Of a stretch of 8,030 bases of DNA, positions 6,640-8,030 are shown in pieces. A model generated the notes under the pieces. That model was given only the letters and a program-made list of their open reading frames with translations. It did no database searches and was not told the DNA's origin. The stretch is taken from contig NW_021828653.1 in assembly GCF_006345805.1 (NCBI RefSeq), forward strand, positions 1-8,030, in the 5' to 3' direction. The DNA is from Octopus sinensis (taxonomy: Eukaryota). Position 1 is the stretch's first letter; every line of letters begins with the position of its first letter. Made by a program: the position numbers and the translations under genes.

Positions 6640-7290
6640 GATATGGGTACATGACGTCCAAAAACGTGAACAAAATGAGAAACGAGAACATAAAAGACAA
6701 AAACATGGAAAACGAACTTTTTTCGAACAACGAAAGAAACAAAAAGAGAAACGAGACAGGCAACATAAAGAACATTCCCTACGTCACTTGTCCCTGTTGG
6801 ATTTACTCCGCGTTATGAACGTAGGGACAAGACACGACTTCGATAAATCAGTCGTTCCTGCAAAGCAAATCTAAAAAAAAAATGGGATTTGCGGAGTGTT
6901 AAAGTGGTAACAAAATAGGAACGTGATAATAAAACAGTAAAAACAAATGGTAAGGGCAGTTAAGCCATAACGAGGTGAAGTGGTGAACGCTGGAGATACG
7001 AGCTTTGAGAAGTGACAGGCAAAAGCACGTCTTGTCTTTTGCAAGGAAGTGGAAGAAAGAAAGATAGACGTTGGTCACGTGTGAGCAACGAGAGAGTCAA
7101 GGATGAAGAGTGAGGGAGAGAGAAGGAGAGAAAGAGAACGGTGAAGGGGAGGGGGGGAAGAATTAGAGAAAGGGTGGGAGAGAAAAACAGAAAGGAAGAA
7201 CAAGAGGGAGATAGAATAGAGATAGTTATAGAGTGCGCATCGGAACTATTAAGATAAAACTTACTTGGAAATGGATGCGTGGCGTTCAAT
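6640..7290. other. Unclassified purine-rich (+ strand), CpG-containing segment, probably another repeat family
   Basis: Strong A/G strand bias, a GA-rich tract at 7085-7230, and microsatellite-like flanks. No recognisable protein in any listed ORF. Confidence 0.35.
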
Positions 7291-7327
7291 CATATAATAA
7301 TATAAATAATATATATACGTACATACC

Positions 7328-7398
7328 TATATATATATATATATATTATATATATATATATATAGTGTGTGTGTGTGTGTGTATGTGTGTGTGTGTGT

Positions 7399-7431
<33 letters not shown>
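7328..7431. repeat. (TA)n followed by (TG)n microsatellite
   Basis: Direct reading. Confidence 0.97.
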
Positions 7432-7435
<4 letters not shown>

Positions 7436-7666
7436 ATTATAAACAAAGCAAATTTTAGACATTTCTCTGCAGACTGAAAAAAATGAACAACCCTTTAATC
7501 AATTTTCGAACCTTATTGGGTTCTCATCAGAGGCGTCCACACCATTCTGACAGTCTCCAGAGAAACAAGCAGCCAAACTGTATATATATTCAACAAATGC
7601 AGCAGTTACTCTATAAAATACTCCCTAATTTGCATACCGAAAGTGTTTAACACTCTATAACTACCA
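7436..7666 (-). repeat. ~230-bp repeat, copy B; inverted relative to copy A
   Basis: Same anchors at 7625-7634, 7557-7571, 7524-7538 and 7471-7480. Confidence 0.9.
7485..7538 (-). ncRNA. Type I hammerhead ribozyme with complete catalytic core (HH3)
   Basis: Minus strand: GGACGCCT-CTGATGA-GAACC-CAATAA-GGTTC-GAAA-ATTGATT-A-AAGGGTTGTTC. It has a 5-bp stem II closed by G:C, a quasi-palindromic stem III, a UUA site and a bulged stem I. Confidence 0.75.
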
Positions 7667-7889
7667 ACGACTTGTCAACAGGGACCATAGTCCCCTCAGT
7701 ATCAAGGTATGATATAATAAATATGTAACATATGGTATAATTATAAACAGGGTAAATTTTGACCATTTCTCATGGGTGTGTGTGTATATATATGTGCACG
7801 TGTGTTTATATATACATATTTACACTGAAAGCCAAAAGACCATTTTAATTTAATGCACTATATAAAAGCAAGAATAACTCTGATGTACT

Positions 7890-7923
7890 GAAGCCCGATG
7901 ATGGCTTATCTGGCCGAAGCTTC
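7890..7923 (+). ncRNA. Hammerhead-like relic (HH4)
   Basis: GAAGC-CCGATGA-T-GGC-TTATCTG-GCC-GAA-GCTTC. Stem I GAAGC/GCTTC and stem II are present, the core has U4>C, and stem III plus the cleavage site are absent. Confidence 0.3.
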
Positions 7924-7978
7924 GAAGTCACTGTTAGCAACAGTCTTGTATAGGAATAACATATATATATATGTTTAT

Positions 7979-8030
7979 TCTTTTACTTGTTTCAGTTATT
8001 TGACTACGACCATGCTGGAGCACTGCCTTT
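7979..8030 (-). mobile_element. 3' tail of another family A SINE, continuing beyond window
   Basis: TCTTTTACTTGTTTCAGTTATTTGACT...CATGCTGGAGCACTGCCTTT matches 3079-3130. Confidence 0.9.

Noticed and set aside
6623-7289. 83-aa K/E/R-rich and 109-aa S/L-rich ORFs
   Set aside because: They are by-products of purine/pyrimidine strand bias; no GIY-YIG or RT motifs were found.
1-8030. CRISPR array or prokaryotic operon
   Set aside because: No regularly spaced repeat-spacer array is present, and all signals indicate a repeat-rich animal genome.

Overview
AT-rich, microsatellite-dense eukaryotic non-coding DNA, almost entirely transposon-derived. The SINE families look like those I recognise from Octopus genomes; this is recalled, not database-checked. 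No intact protein-coding gene is supportable. Contents: four copies plus one relic of a bipartite tRNA-derived SINE, one CORE-type tRNA SINE, and a 5'-truncated, frameshifted RLE-endonuclease (R4/Dong-like) LINE end. There is also a 575-bp internally deleted mariner with 28/30 TIRs and a TA TSD, plus many simple repeats. The most notable signal is a cluster of four hammerhead-ribozyme-like motifs in 6097-7923. Two sit in a diverged ~230-bp inverted repeat pair, and comparing them shows a compensatory base-pair change in stem II; the copy at 7485-7538 (-) keeps a complete catalytic core. A repeat-free, CpG-retaining island at 2280-2990 holds weak first-exon candidates. Alignments, counts and structures were done by eye.
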